DNA of 64,000 nt from an uncultured archaeon (GCA_963799775.1 CAWCYD010000003.1:1824001-1888000); one strand, 5' to 3'. Shown: positions 46,625 through 57,574, counted from the first letter of the stretch. The notes: generated by a model from the sequence alone, not told the origin. Program-made: numbers and translations.

Positions 46625-47810
46625 CAGTATCTCCGAATGACATAGGGTCACCTCCGTCAGGTTGCCAATGGGATTAGGAATGTGAGGAGGAGGGAGACCT
46701 TGACCTCCAATGCGATGATATGCTCTTCATCGTCGCGTCCGTCCTCTCCATTGTCGTTGCGCTCTGAAGAGTTCAGGATGCACCATGCGTTGTATAGGCA
46801 TACTGCCACCGCGTAGTAGAGTAGCCTAACCGTGAAGCTCTTCGATTTCGTCCTCGGAAGGAAGATGTTGTGCTCTCTGTAGGCGGTCTCCACTCCCCAA
46901 CGGGTCTTGTAACGCTTCAGCAGGCGCTTCGGCCTGCACGACATGTTCGTGGCGAAGAGGTAGCTGATCTTCGTCTCCTCGTCGTCGACCCTGACGAGCT
47001 TGAACGGTCTGTCGCAAGGATAGGAGACAGATTGACCGTCCTTGAGGTCGATCCTCTTCGTCAGCCGGTTGGGCGTGAAATGGATTGCATACAGGTATCC
47101 GTTCTCCTGGAGCCAAGAGGGGAGCTCGAGCGATGAGAACCCTCCATCGAAGAGGAGATACCTAACCCTGATTCCCATGTTCCTTATCCGGTTGAGGGCG
47201 TCCTCGATGTAATCCAAGAGATACTCCCTGCTCTTGATGGGCGTCAGGACGATCGTGAGCCTCCTCCCATCGGCGAGGATGCTCGCGGTGAGGTACTGGT
47301 AAGCGTAGCAAGAGCCGGCCTTTGGCCTCGTCCCGTTGACCATGTCGGTCTCATTATCGCCATAAAACATCTGGTCGTGCCAATCAAACGCAATCGGGAC
47401 CGGTCTCTTCAGCAACCCCTTTCTCTTCAGCTCGCCTACCTGCTCCTCGAGGACGATGGAGACGACGCTCTGGAGCTCGTATCTCTCGATGCTCTTGAAG
47501 CGCATAAGCGCGGTGTCGGAGTTCGGTACCCCGGCTCCAAACTTATTGGAGACGTTGCTCATTCCTTCCGCGTAGGCATTGAGTACAGACGAGTTGACAA
47601 GGAGACGGATATAGTCCGCCTTCGTGTACAAGTAGCTGGGCTTCACCTCGAAGCACAGTAGCTGGGGCAGGCATCGCATCATGACGGTATCGAAGCCTCT
47701 GGCTAGATGATTGGAGATCATAGCTGAGGCTTCGGGGTGAAGACTCCCTACGCCCCAAAATCATAACTTGTTGAGCGACGGCTAAAATCCGCACTCATTC
47801 GGAGATACTG
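46625..47810 (-). mobile_element. ISH3/IS4-like insertion sequence, 1186 bp
   Basis: Perfect 16-bp TIR CAGTATCTCCGAATGA / TCATTCGGAGATACTG; 4-bp TSD TAAG. Confidence 0.92.
46657..47721 (-). CDS. DDE transposase
   Basis: IAFDWH, LLFDGGF, YKTRWGVETAYR. Confidence 0.9.
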   Translation of the reverse strand: MISNHLARGFDTVMMRCLPQLLCFEVKPSYLYTKADYIRLLVNSSVLNAYAEGMSNVSNKFGAGVPNSDTALMRFKSIERYELQSVVSIVLEEQVGELKRKGLLKRPVPIAFDWHDQMFYGDNETDMVNGTRPKAGSCYAYQYLTASILADGRRLTIVLTPIKSREYLLDYIEDALNRIRNMGIRVRYLLFDGGFSSLELPSWLQENGYLYAIHFTPNRLTKRIDLKDGQSVSYPCDRPFKLVRVDDEETKISYLFATNMSCRPKRLLKRYKTRWGVETAYREHNIFLPRTKSKSFTVRLLYYAVAVCLYNAWCILNSSERNDNGEDGRDDEEHIIALEVKVSLLLTFLIPLAT

Positions 47811-48271
47811 TAAGAGACGTAGATGGCTGACGCGAGTACAACTAGGACGATTACGAGTGCGACCCTCACTAGACACTTGAGGCCGACACCAGTTCTTGCA
47901 GGCTGCACCGGGTGTTGGTATCGCACAAATATTTACGAGTTGTGAGGACGGTCGCTTGCTCTCGCCCTTCACAATGGTTATCCGATGTCGTGGCTCGCTA
48001 GCTTCTCAGGTGGCTTGGGTTGGCATTGGCAGACGAACGCGGTTAACTTGGTGGCCGACTATTTTTTCTGGCTTGAGATGTCTGCCGCAGGACTTTTCTC
48101 TGTCATCCTTCTGCAACGCAAGAGAAATGTCGAACTCCACACACTGAACAGCTGAGAGCTACCTTGCGGGAGGCGCAATGAACCCCTATGTGCGGCGACT
48201 GCTTTTCTCCGGCTCGGCAAGACTCGACGTTCGGACAAAGGCATTTATCGAGCAACGTCATTCACAAAATC

Positions 48272-48553
48272 ATGAAGAGATGGCCGAAGACCGTGCTTGT
48301 CCTTGCCGCAGTAATCGGCCTCACATTTCTGGTTCTTCTTCTCCCTTTGCTGCCTTTCACTGAAGGCTTTGGGTGCGCGGGAGCGGTGATCATTGGGTGC
48401 GCCCCTGATCACGCATCGGCGAGCTTCTACCTCTTTGGGTCCGGATACCTGTCCACACCTCACGGCGCGAACTCCTATTACTCGTGGTGCACAGCGAATC
48501 CTGGAGGGGGCGGGTTCACGTGCCGCAACGGCGCGTTCCAGGTCCCCTGGTAG
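48272..48553 (+). CDS. Cassette: small secreted Cys-containing protein
   Basis: Signal peptide; TATA-like motif about 27 nt upstream. Confidence 0.55.
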   Translation: MKRWPKTVLVLAAVIGLTFLVLLLPLLPFTEGFGCAGAVIIGCAPDHASASFYLFGSGYLSTPHGANSYYSWCTANPGGGGFTCRNGAFQVPW

Positions 48554-48699
48554 CCAAACACGAGAAGTCCACAGCATGCGCCCGGCAGGCGCAATGAACC
48601 CTTATGCATGGCGAATGCCCTGCATTCTTGTCAAACCTAGCGGAAGCTGGAATGCTCGGACAAAACGATTAATGAGGCCAACCCATCCAAGCATTCAGT

Positions 48700-49283
48700 T
48701 TGGCACGTCAGAGGCCTGCCTTCAGTCCACCCATTGTCTTCGTGGCGGTGGTTGTAGCCGTAGTCTTGGCGATCGCTCTCGCTGACTTCGCTACCGGGCC
48801 TATGCCAGTCTCTTCTGGTTCGTCGGCTGCTCCCTCTATTGGCGGAACGAAGGAAACAACGACAGTGACAGTTACTGGTGGCCTTGGCACCGCAGCGGCC
48901 ACGGCGCTGAACGGCGCAACCTACTACATGGACAACGTGACGAGCATAATGTGGGCCGAAGACCCGGGCACCTTCCACTTCAACAACAGATCCATCACCT
49001 TCCATGGGGTAACGTTCCAGACGATCTGCACGGCACAGTTCAGCGACTGTCCGGCGTTCCTCCTCCCACTCCAGGGGTCACCTACGCCGTTGCATCGGGT
49101 GCCGGAATAACCTTGAACGTCACGTTCTCTGACCACATCAGCGAGATCATTTCAGGAGGTTTCCCATTAGTGCCTGTCCGCTTTTCCGCATACTCTCATC
49201 ATACAGACCCCCAGGCTGGAATCCTGATCGTCTATACCAGCTCCAACCCCGAATACAAATCCTACCTGCTTGTGTCAGTTTAA
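48700..49283 (+). CDS. Cassette: membrane-anchored protein (frameshift near 49060)
   Basis: Two overlapping frames join into one plausible protein. Confidence 0.55.
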
Positions 49284-49392
49284 CATCACAAACCCGCAAG
49301 CCTCCCCGCCGGAGGCGCAATGAACCCTGTGTGTGGCGACAAGCCTCTTAACCCGACAATCCTTTAATCGACGCCTTCGATAACAGAATTGC

Positions 49393-49713
49393 TTGCCCAG
49401 GCCGTTGAACCTGGTAAAATGGGCGCCGTTGTGTGCAAGCTCAGTTCAAGATCTGCCTGAGGGCGAACGCAACAAGAAGATCAAATCCATGAAATCGGTG
49501 CTGGAGGAACGCAAGGATGCGGGAGACCACGTTCCAAGAGGCCTCTGGCCGCGAGACAAGGCGTATGATGGGATCACGAACCTTTACAGGTATGAAATCG
49601 ACAGGGAGATGAGAGCGACCTACACCATCGGCAGAATAGACGGCAAGTGGGTGGTCACGGTGATCGAGGTCTTCTGGAACCACAAGAGCTACGAAAGAAG
49701 GTTTGGATACTGA
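49393..49713 (+). CDS. Cassette: RelE-like toxin candidate
   Basis: LYRYEIDREMRATYTI...HKSYERRFGY. Confidence 0.55.
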   Translation: MPRPLNLVKWAPLCASSVQDLPEGERNKKIKSMKSVLEERKDAGDHVPRGLWPRDKAYDGITNLYRYEIDREMRATYTIGRIDGKWVVTVIEVFWNHKSYERRFGY

Positions 49714-49719
49714 ACCTGG

Positions 49720-50010
49720 CTACTTGATTACTACCGACGAATCGAAGAGCGCCTTGAGCTTCGGGTTGTCGGCAGCCACCCATACAATCCTCCCATGTCT
49801 GTCGATGAAGACTTTGCCAGTCGTTACCAGGATCTCTAGCGCGTTCTCGAAGGCCGCAGTGGTCGTATCCGGGGGCAACACCTTGCGCAGTTCGGTCTTT
49901 GTCGGCGGTAGGTCAGACCCTTTTATCGTCCTCTCAATCAATATCAACAGCGAACGGTCGGAAGCCGCGGCGCGACCATCACGTTCCCGGGGCCGAGGAG
50001 TCAAGGTCAT
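49720..50010 (-). CDS. Cassette: small wHTH-like protein, possible antitoxin
   Basis: TKTELRKVLP..FENALEILVTTGKV; convergent with the previous gene. Confidence 0.5.
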   Translation of the reverse strand: MTLTPRPRERDGRAAASDRSLLILIERTIKGSDLPPTKTELRKVLPPDTTTAAFENALEILVTTGKVFIDRHGRIVWVAADNPKLKALFDSSVVIK

Positions 50011-50065
50011 AAGACGAGGCCTGAGATGTCATACGTTTTCATGTTATTAAACGTGGATACCATTG

Positions 50066-50157
50066 CGCTGGAAGCCTTTCGGGCGACCAGTTCAGCCCGT
50101 CCACTACCTATAGCTCAACGTGCGGATGAAATGCCCCGGCGGAGGCGCAACGAACCC
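50066..50157 (+). repeat. Long repeat copy: 23S 3' end plus BHB arm
   Basis: Near-identical to 43378-43470. Confidence 0.92.
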
Positions 50158-50175
50158 AAGCAGGGCGAAACTATG

Positions 50176-50571
50176 TCAGTGAGCTTCTAGGATCGTCTGC
50201 TTGGCCCGTTCGTCGAAGGTCACAAGAAATCTTTCGAAGACGGCCCTTCTTCCGAGGAGACTGAGAGGCAGCCTGTGGCTCGCGGTGAACGCAACCTCAG
50301 CTTCAAACTCCTCGTTCCCTATCTTCAATCTGATTCTGTGGAGGTAGGCGTTTATCGTGCCGCCGATACCAGAAGGTCTGATCCGCTCGCCGCGGTCGAT
50401 GGTCAGTCCCAGGACTCTCCCAATCTGCCCGTCGAAGAGGCTTACGCTCGCGCCCGAGTCGACCAGCGCCTCCGAGGCCACCCACGGACCATCAGAGAGT
50501 CGCAACTCAAGTGGGATTATTGGAAAGTTGGAACCCCTAAAGGGCACGTATCCGAACTCGTATTTCGTCAA
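50176..50571 (-). CDS. Cassette: retropepsin-like aspartyl protease
   Basis: ALVDSGAS, GIGG, LLGR. Confidence 0.85.
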   Translation of the reverse strand: MTKYEFGYVPFRGSNFPIIPLELRLSDGPWVASEALVDSGASVSLFDGQIGRVLGLTIDRGERIRPSGIGGTINAYLHRIRLKIGNEEFEAEVAFTASHRLPLSLLGRRAVFERFLVTFDERAKQTILEAH

Positions 50572-50792
50572 AGAATCAGGAGTTCTTCATCCTTCTTGGG
50601 GACGTAGAGCACCAGGGGCACTTGCTTTGGATGGATCCTCGTCGCTTTCTTGTGTGCCTCGCCGAAGCTCTTGCCATCAGCGACTATCTTCCTGTCAAAT
50701 ACGGCGATCCATCGCCCAGAGTGCTTCTCCGCCTCGGCGTGGTGCTTGACCAGCCATTCGTGCTCCTCCTTCAAGGAAGCCATGCTCGGCAA
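50568..50792 (-). CDS. Cassette: DUF5678-like small protein
   Basis: HSGRWIAV...IVADG; overlaps the protease gene. Confidence 0.7.
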   Translation of the reverse strand: MPSMASLKEEHEWLVKHHAEAEKHSGRWIAVFDRKIVADGKSFGEAHKKATRIHPKQVPLVLYVPKKDEELLIL

Positions 50793-50950
50793 CTAGATTC
50801 CACCAAGTAATATTACTTTTGAGGCCTCGGGGCAGGAGAATTTCGGCGACCCAACTCGGCCCACTGCCTTCAGCTGCATTTCATAGAAGCTAGCGAGAGC
50901 TTGAACCGTCATCCGAATGAGTTAGAAGACAGTCTCGTGTCGCTTTCTTC

Positions 50951-51637
50951 ATGATTTGCGCCCGAAGCAGAGCAGGGCTTAGCGCCACAGTCATAATTCT
51001 GGGCATCATAGCGATTCTCCTTGTCACTGCTATCGGCTTGTATGTTGCATACACGCCCGCCGAGCCTCCCGTCCCGAACATCCATACCAATTCGACAACT
51101 CCAACCCTTAGCACAACCACCAGCCTTCCTCTCACTACCACCAGCGATTCCGCCTTGTCATCAGGCAACAACTTTCCTTTGGCGGTGGGCGATTATGCTC
51201 GTTACACTGGAACTGCCTTGGAGCACCTGGACCGGAGCAAGACCAACGAGACCGTCATTGTCGAGGTCGTATCAATCAATGCCAGCGGCGTCGAGTGGAG
51301 ACAGATTACGAACACTTCAACGGTCTCCAATCAGGAGTCATACATCGTCCCTCTTGGAGCGTCACCCTTCCATTCTAACAGTTCCGGGATGACTTTCGTT
51401 CCTGTCAGCACTGAGAACATGGTCAGAGTCATCGGGTCGAGGGTCTACAATGTCACGGCAATGGTGTACGACGATGGGAATAACGGTTCTACGACCTTCT
51501 CTTACTACTATCGAACTTGGACGACCCTCATCCCGATCGAGACTAGCTCGCAGTCGGCCCTACCACTCGGCAACACGACCGATGACCTTTTCCTCACTGA
51601 GACGAACATCCCGTGGATGATCACTGTTCAACCATGA
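50951..51637 (+). CDS. Cassette: membrane-anchored protein with class III-like signal
   Basis: RAGLS + TM; stop codon abuts the repeat. Confidence 0.65.
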   Translation: MICARSRAGLSATVIILGIIAILLVTAIGLYVAYTPAEPPVPNIHTNSTTPTLSTTTSLPLTTTSDSALSSGNNFPLAVGDYARYTGTALEHLDRSKTNETVIVEVVSINASGVEWRQITNTSTVSNQESYIVPLGASPFHSNSSGMTFVPVSTENMVRVIGSRVYNVTAMVYDDGNNGSTTFSYYYRTWTTLIPIETSSQSALPLGNTTDDLFLTETNIPWMITVQP

Positions 51638-51761
51638 GCCCGGCGGAGGCGCAATGAACCGCTACCGCGCACGGTCTCAACGAGTCAGCGAGAACCGGAC
51701 CTGACCACCGAACGAGGTAAGAACAGGCTGCTCTCACGCGGTTGCCAGCTTTAGGGCTGAT

Positions 51762-52535
51762 TTGGACTTGAACCTGAGAAGAAAAGAGAGCGCCTTCATT
51801 CTCGCGCAGGTGGTCATCACCCTCGCGGTCCTTGCGCTCGTTTCGATTCCAGCAGTCTCCAGGCTGTCTACGAACGACGGGTCTGTTGTCTTCTCGTCCG
51901 GGGTCTCGCCCGACGGCCTCCAGCTCGAGATGGCGCTGAACTCCACCGCGATGCGGGTGAACGGGTCGATCGGCGGCCACGTATCGGTCGTCAACACGCT
52001 CGGCACAGACGTCACCGTCGTCGTCCCAGAGCCCAGCCAGAAGATGTCGGACTGGAGCAGATACACCAACATCTGCCCGACTTCCAACTTTGAAGGCTAC
52101 GCGGTGTTCATCGGGCGCTATTCGGCGGACAACATCTCTCTGGCAGGAGAACCCTTGACGTTGGTCCCGCCCATGATCCTAAATTGCGTCATCCCTTACT
52201 ACGTCCCCGGTCCACTCACCTTCTCCCCTCACGGGGGTCCCTCGGGTCAGACCGTGGTCTACGCCCAGAGCCCCTCGAGCACCAAAGAAGATCGACTCCT
52301 TATCACCACGCTCTTCTGCAACACGACAGAGTCTGGCCCTCAGAGCTTTAGCTGCAGCTGGGCCTCTCCAGGGCTCGTCGGCTATTGGGAGGGCGGCCCT
52401 GGCTCGCCCGCCAACTTCGGCTTCACCTCTCCCGGCTTTGCGCGGTTCTTTCCCGGGGTCTACACGATCATGGCGTGGGATGTCTGGGATCAGTACGTCT
52501 TTGCGAGGGTCGTCGTGACGAGCGCTGTACGGTGA
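51762..52535 (+). CDS. Cassette: secreted protein (family of 1648 and 52694)
   Basis: GLQLEMALNST...PGVYTIMAWDVWDQ. Confidence 0.7.
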   Translation: MDLNLRRKESAFILAQVVITLAVLALVSIPAVSRLSTNDGSVVFSSGVSPDGLQLEMALNSTAMRVNGSIGGHVSVVNTLGTDVTVVVPEPSQKMSDWSRYTNICPTSNFEGYAVFIGRYSADNISLAGEPLTLVPPMILNCVIPYYVPGPLTFSPHGGPSGQTVVYAQSPSSTKEDRLLITTLFCNTTESGPQSFSCSWASPGLVGYWEGGPGSPANFGFTSPGFARFFPGVYTIMAWDVWDQYVFARVVVTSAVR

Positions 52536-52693
52536 TTGCGAATAGTCTGGCTCCAAGACTGACCGCAGCCTCGGCGGAGGCGCAATGAACCCATATGCAT
52601 GGCACATGCCCTGCAACTTTGTTTTGACAAGGCCCAGCGGAGACTGTAGCGTTCGGGCAAACCGATTTTAAGGACTCAGGACACATTCTCTAC

Positions 52694-53353
52694 ATGGCGT
52701 CGACGGCGGTCGCCGTTGTGGCATTTCTGATAATCGCAGCGGCCGCATCAGTGGTCTTCGCTGAAGATCCGAACAACCCTGGCTATGGAGGCATGCCAAC
52801 CTCCCTGGCTTTGACGGCCTCCTCAACTAACCGCGCGACCGGCTTGTCGCTTGAATTGGCATTGAATGCAACGACCGTGAAGAGCGGTCAGGCGGTGGAC
52901 ATTATGGCGAGCGAGACCAACACGCTACCAACGATGAACAACGTAACCGCGTCGAACCAATGGCCGGTCAAAGGCCTTGCTGTATTCGAGAGTCCATGCG
53001 GGACCGTCAACCATCCCTTCGGGATGGCTCTCTATCGCGGATACTACGGGAATGTCAGTTTGGCCAAACCGCTCCAACTCTACGCACCCGAGCCCGTTTA
53101 CCATTGCCCTATGATACTCTCGAAGATCACACAGTATTCCTTCTACCCGGAGAACTCCACCGCCCAGATTTGGGGAAGCTGCGTCCCAGGACCTTGTCAG
53201 ACTTTCGCCATGTTCGCGAGCCTCCCAGTGAAAGGATACTGGAATACAGGATTCCTCTCCGATCATACGGCGCTCATTCCTGGAGTCTATACTGTCGCTG
53301 CTGGAAACGAATGGGGGCAACTCGAGCTGCTCTATTTCGTGGTCCGGGCCTGA
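52694..53353 (+). CDS. Cassette: secreted protein (family of 1648 and 51762)
   Basis: GLSLELALNATT...PGVYTVAAGNEWGQ. Confidence 0.7.
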   Translation: MASTAVAVVAFLIIAAAASVVFAEDPNNPGYGGMPTSLALTASSTNRATGLSLELALNATTVKSGQAVDIMASETNTLPTMNNVTASNQWPVKGLAVFESPCGTVNHPFGMALYRGYYGNVSLAKPLQLYAPEPVYHCPMILSKITQYSFYPENSTAQIWGSCVPGPCQTFAMFASLPVKGYWNTGFLSDHTALIPGVYTVAAGNEWGQLELLYFVVRA

Positions 53354-53420
53354 ATTTCCGGGAGGCGCAGTGAACCTTATGCATGGTAACACGCCCACAT
53401 TTTGTCAAACCTAGCGGAGC

Positions 53421-53681
53421 TCACGGGTTGTCCGCATCAGGCTTGTCCTTGGCGTGCCGTGCGATCACTATCGCCCATCCCAAGAGTATCAATCCGACCA
53501 GCACACCGATTGCTGCGCCGCCGAGGTATTGGTAAGCAGACGTTGAGACTCCAGGACAGCTGCACGATATCGTTGTGCCTGGTGGCGCGGACAACCCCGC
53601 GCAGCACTCTCCCGGTCGCGGAAAAACAAATAGAATCAGAAGGGAGACGAACTCAACGAAGCCTCCCAGGCCCGCCAGCAC
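53421..53681 (-). CDS. Cassette: small two-TM protein
   Basis: Two hydrophobic helices around a Cys loop. Confidence 0.5.
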   Translation of the reverse strand: MLAGLGGFVEFVSLLILFVFPRPGECCAGLSAPPGTTISCSCPGVSTSAYQYLGGAAIGVLVGLILLGWAIVIARHAKDKPDADNP

Positions 53682-53889
53682 GACGACCTTGGAAAGCGAT
53701 TCTTCAATTCATCTTTCCTACAACTCGGTTTGTCGGATTCCCGATCGATACGCCTTGTGGAATTATCTCGGACGGAGGCGCAATGAACTCTATGTGCGGA
53801 ATTGCCCGCATTCTCATCGAGCTAGCGGGAGCTGGAGAACAATGCTCCGGAAGATGTAAGAGCGATTTCAGCAGCTCTGAAATGGCAGC

Positions 53890-54534
53890 ATGAAACCGGA
53901 AGATGACCGGAGGTCCCAATCAAGGGTTGCTCTTGTCATCGCTTCAATTGCTCTGCTCGTTGTATCGCTTTTTGCCGCGTTCGAGTACTCCGCAGCATCT
54001 TCGCTCGGCATGTCCGACCAGACCCTCGCGAGCAGCCTATCTCAGCTGCAGTCTGAGAACAAGAACCTGGCTTCAACGCTCTCTGGCTATTCGGTGGCCG
54101 CAAATTCATCGGTAGTCCAAGCAGTCGAGGTGCACATCTCCAAGTTGAGCCAGAGAAACGTCCAGGCCGCTCTTCTGGACTACGCGTCAAACTCTACGGT
54201 AATCTGGACTGGTACCACGCAGGGTTGGGGCGGGATATACAACAGCACATACAAGGACGTGGTGCTACGCGATTTCTTCGGTCTTCCTAGCATACTCAAC
54301 TTCACGATGCAGCTGCCATACGGGGTCCAGACGGGAGCGGCCGTCCCCGGGACCGCGATAGCACTCACGACCATCCGTTTCGGAGGCCTCAGTCGGTGCG
54401 TTGATGACTTCTCGGGCCTAATCCAGGCCTCTTACTCGCTCGTCAATCAGAAGGGCGTTTGGCTCATAACGCAGGAGGACTGGAACTTTACCAGCTTCAA
54501 TGTCACTTACCCTAGTGGAGAGGGCTTTTGCTGA
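53890..54534 (+). CDS. Cassette: membrane-anchored SnoaL-like protein
   Basis: VIWTG..GWGGIY...WLITQEDWNF. Confidence 0.65.
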   Translation: MKPEDDRRSQSRVALVIASIALLVVSLFAAFEYSAASSLGMSDQTLASSLSQLQSENKNLASTLSGYSVAANSSVVQAVEVHISKLSQRNVQAALLDYASNSTVIWTGTTQGWGGIYNSTYKDVVLRDFFGLPSILNFTMQLPYGVQTGAAVPGTAIALTTIRFGGLSRCVDDFSGLIQASYSLVNQKGVWLITQEDWNFTSFNVTYPSGEGFC

Positions 54535-54633
54535 GCCGGAGGCGCAATGAACCCTATACACGGCGAATGTCCTTCAGGTCCATCCAGTCGCTTTCAGGAA
54601 GTTTCATAAACGAGGCAGACATTGCCGAGTCCC

Positions 54634-54917
54634 ATGGCGCTCGAAGAGCCACTGACCCAGGCTGAAAAGAAAAAACTTCACAGCATTCTGAGCGATCCGA
54701 AGGCCCTCGATGCGGTCATTGACAAGGCGCTGGAAGGCTGGAGTGGCCACAGAGTTTGGAAGAAGAAGACAAAGAACTCCTAGAGCTACTTACCTCGCTT
54801 GAGACCAGGCTGAAACGACGCGTGGTCAAGGCGCCCTTCAGGAGCCCAGAAACCTTATTCGAAGAACTTGAGGCCCTTGACGTGGTCATGGATCTGAAGA
54901 AGAGACTTCGTTCCTGA
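54634..54917 (+). CDS. Cassette: two overlapping small ORFs (54634-54783, 54756-54917)
   Basis: MALEEPLTQAEKKK... and LEEEDKELLELL...; both below the ORF-track cutoff. Confidence 0.45.
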
Positions 54918-54963
54918 CTACGCCCGGCGGAGGCGCAATGAACCTATGCATAACGACAATCAC

Positions 54964-55500
54964 CTAGGCTTGACTGGCTTCCATTTCCATCTGAATCTTG
55001 TTCCAAAGCATGCTCTCAGAGAGTTTGAATTCGAGACGTTCAGCCTGAAACATCAGAAGGATTTCCTCTTGCAGCCTGTTGGGCTTTGCCCTCTTAATCA
55101 CCTTCCTGCTGCTTTGCCGCAAGTAGCCGGCTCGATTCATTATCCTCGCTAGGAACAGACTCGCGAAGTGTATCTTGCCTGACTCCAGCCAGCGTACCTC
55201 AGGAATCCCGGACTGTTCAAAGGCGCCCTGGTTGTCGGTCAGGATGACGTAATTCTCAAATCCCTTCTGCTCAGAGATCTCTTTCGCCCGCCTCGCAGCA
55301 AGAATCTCCATTTGAGTGGATGCCGGGTTGCCTTTCTCGGTGACGGCGTTGATAGTGGAGCTCTCGATATATCCAAAGTCCTTGTCAGGTACCAGAACCA
55401 CGATTCTCCCTGTGAACTTATCAGTCACCTTGCTCGAAGTCAAGCCTTCCATTACCGCCGGGGACACTGAAGCGTCGCAGTAGACTTCGACGGCGCTCAT
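54964..55500 (-). CDS. Cassette: RNase H-like fold protein
   Basis: VYCDAS...MEILAA...ILTDNQ (D-E-D). Confidence 0.65.
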   Translation of the reverse strand: MSAVEVYCDASVSPAVMEGLTSSKVTDKFTGRIVVLVPDKDFGYIESSTINAVTEKGNPASTQMEILAARRAKEISEQKGFENYVILTDNQGAFEQSGIPEVRWLESGKIHFASLFLARIMNRAGYLRQSSRKVIKRAKPNRLQEEILLMFQAERLEFKLSESMLWNKIQMEMEASQA

Positions 55501-55669
55501 CGAGAGGCGTTCCCGGCTGCGTCCTAATGATGTTTGAGGCGCAATGAACCCTGTGTATGGCGCAAGCCCTTCTACTTCATTTTAGAGAAAGCCTAGCGGA
55601 GCTCGCGCACTACGAGACCTATTCTATCAGGTTCAATAGGGAGCGCACACGTTTCATCCTTGAGGCGCT

Positions 55670-56897
55670 ATGAGGAGCGCAGTCGTCGCAGCGGTTGTCA
55701 TAGTCTTGGTCGCAGCGAGTCTGGGAGTTGGCTACCAACTCGGCAACCAAGCCCAACGCACCGAGACGCTAAACTCGACATCCACTCAGACTATCATCTC
55801 TATCAGCACCTCGACTTCGACGTCCACTCTGACCAGCACCTCTACCTCCTTCGTCAGCGTAGCTAGCGGTCAGCCCATTCCGGTCACGAGCGTCGAGACC
55901 GCGAACATAACCATCGGACAATCTCCTGATCCCTATGCCGAGTCAATCGCGGTCAATCCCAACACCAACAGAGTCTACGTCGTTGACGGGTCTACTCTGA
56001 CCGTCCTAGACGCGGCGTCGCACGCAGCGATCGCGAACGTCACGCTGCCAGCGAGCGGCACTGGAGGAATCGCCGTCGACAACCCCACAGGCATCGTGTT
56101 CGTCTCGGTCGAGTTCTTCAACGACGGGGCACCCGTAAAAGGGGAGGTCGCCGAGATCAATGGCTCCACGAACGCAATCGTGCGCGAGCTTCCGCTCGAC
56201 TCCCCCCTAGGCGCGCTCGCGTACGACCCATCCACCCACGTCCTTTACGGCTCCGCAGGGGGAAACCCGGGTTCCCGCAGGCCATAATGGCAGTCTCCTG
56301 GGCGTCGACGTCCAGACGGGCTCTATGGTGTCAAACGTGTCGCTTGGTTTCAGGGCCTTTAACCTGGCAGTCAATCCCATGACAAACATGGTGTATGCCG
56401 ACGGGTGCGACCAGTTTGGTCTTGCCTGCGACGCGGTCGTGTCAATGGTCAACGGGACGAGCCGTAGCCTGGTCACAACCGTTCACCTGAACTCGGCGTA
56501 CTCCACGACCATGACCGCGAACCCGGCGACGAACATAGTTTACGCTTCTGGAGCAAGGGAGCTCGTCGCCCTCAATGGGACCAACGGGGGCACGATCTTC
56601 AAGGTGGACCCTTACACTTGCGGCCCCTTCCTCGGCATGGCCGTAGTTCCTTCGGCGAACCAGGTCATCATGGTCCCGCAGAACTACGACTACCTGCTGG
56701 TGTACGACGGAACGTCCGGAGCCCTGCTCACCATGTATTCGCTCCCGAGCTTGCCGCAATCGGTTGCCTACAACCCCAGCACCAACGAATTCTACGTGAC
56801 GACCTCGGGGCATCTCCTGGCCTTCCCCGACCTGGACTTCGTGGGCGACGCGAACCCTTCACTGATTGGTTCGAATGACACATGCCTGCCGGTCTAG
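55670..56897 (+). CDS. Cassette: YVTN/YncE-like beta-propeller (frameshift near 56260)
   Basis: Repeated AVNPxTNxVYV motifs. Confidence 0.75.
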
Positions 56898-57062
56898 TCC
56901 CCGCATCCCCGCGAGAGGACGGCGTCGGTTTGCAACATGCATGCCCCGGCGGAGGCGCAATGAACCCCTATGCATGGCGACATGCCCGCATTTTTAGAAA
57001 CTGAGCGCGAGCCAGGACTCCTCCACACGCTTAATTACGTCTAATGTCCGCAATCGCCAGCC

Positions 57063-57302
57063 ATGGCCAGAGCAGAGCAGAAATACCTCATCGATCGGGA
57101 GACGTTGGAACACCTGCTCGCGATGCTCAGAGACGGAGTCGCCAAAGGCGCCAGCGACAAGGAAATCAGAGAGCAGACTCTAGAAATCCTCGACCCCTAC
57201 TATCGGGCCAAGGTCGATCGTGCCCTCAAAGAAGCGTCAGAAGGAAAGGTAAGGCGCTTCAAGAACGCGGAAGAGATGATTCGCGACCTTCACTCGCGCT
57301 GA
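57063..57302 (+). CDS. Cassette: antitoxin
   Basis: ALKEASEGKVRRFKNAEEMIRDL, upstream of RelE. Confidence 0.7.
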   Translation: MARAEQKYLIDRETLEHLLAMLRDGVAKGASDKEIREQTLEILDPYYRAKVDRALKEASEGKVRRFKNAEEMIRDLHSR

Positions 57303-57308
57303 CGGCAC

Positions 57309-57569
57309 TTGCCCTGGTCGCCAGAGTATACTCCGACATTCAGACGAGACTACAAGAACCTAGATTCACAGAATCAGCGAAGGGTTGACGACGCAATCAG
57401 GGATATCGTCAACGCCGATGAGCCTAGGTCTCTCGGTCGCCCGAAACTTGGTAAGTGGGCGGGAGCGTTTGGTTATGATGTCGGCCGTTCCATCAGGATC
57501 CTCTACTCGGTCAATCAGCCATACCACCTCGTGGTATTCTTGCGGTGCGGCCGCCATGACATTTACTGA
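57309..57569 (+). CDS. Cassette: RelE/ParE toxin
   Basis: YTPTFRRDYKNL...IRILY...GRHDIY. Confidence 0.85.
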   Translation: MPWSPEYTPTFRRDYKNLDSQNQRRVDDAIRDIVNADEPRSLGRPKLGKWAGAFGYDVGRSIRILYSVNQPYHLVVFLRCGRHDIY

Positions 57570-57574
57570 TTATT

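Larger units (their letters stand above)
46102..47900 (-). pseudogene. Cassette: SnoaL-like gene disrupted by an IS
   Basis: N-terminal TM (VALVIVLVVLASAIYVSY, 47811-47900) continues into SSAASSSQAK after removing the IS; C-terminal WYVLKENWDY. Confidence 0.7.
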
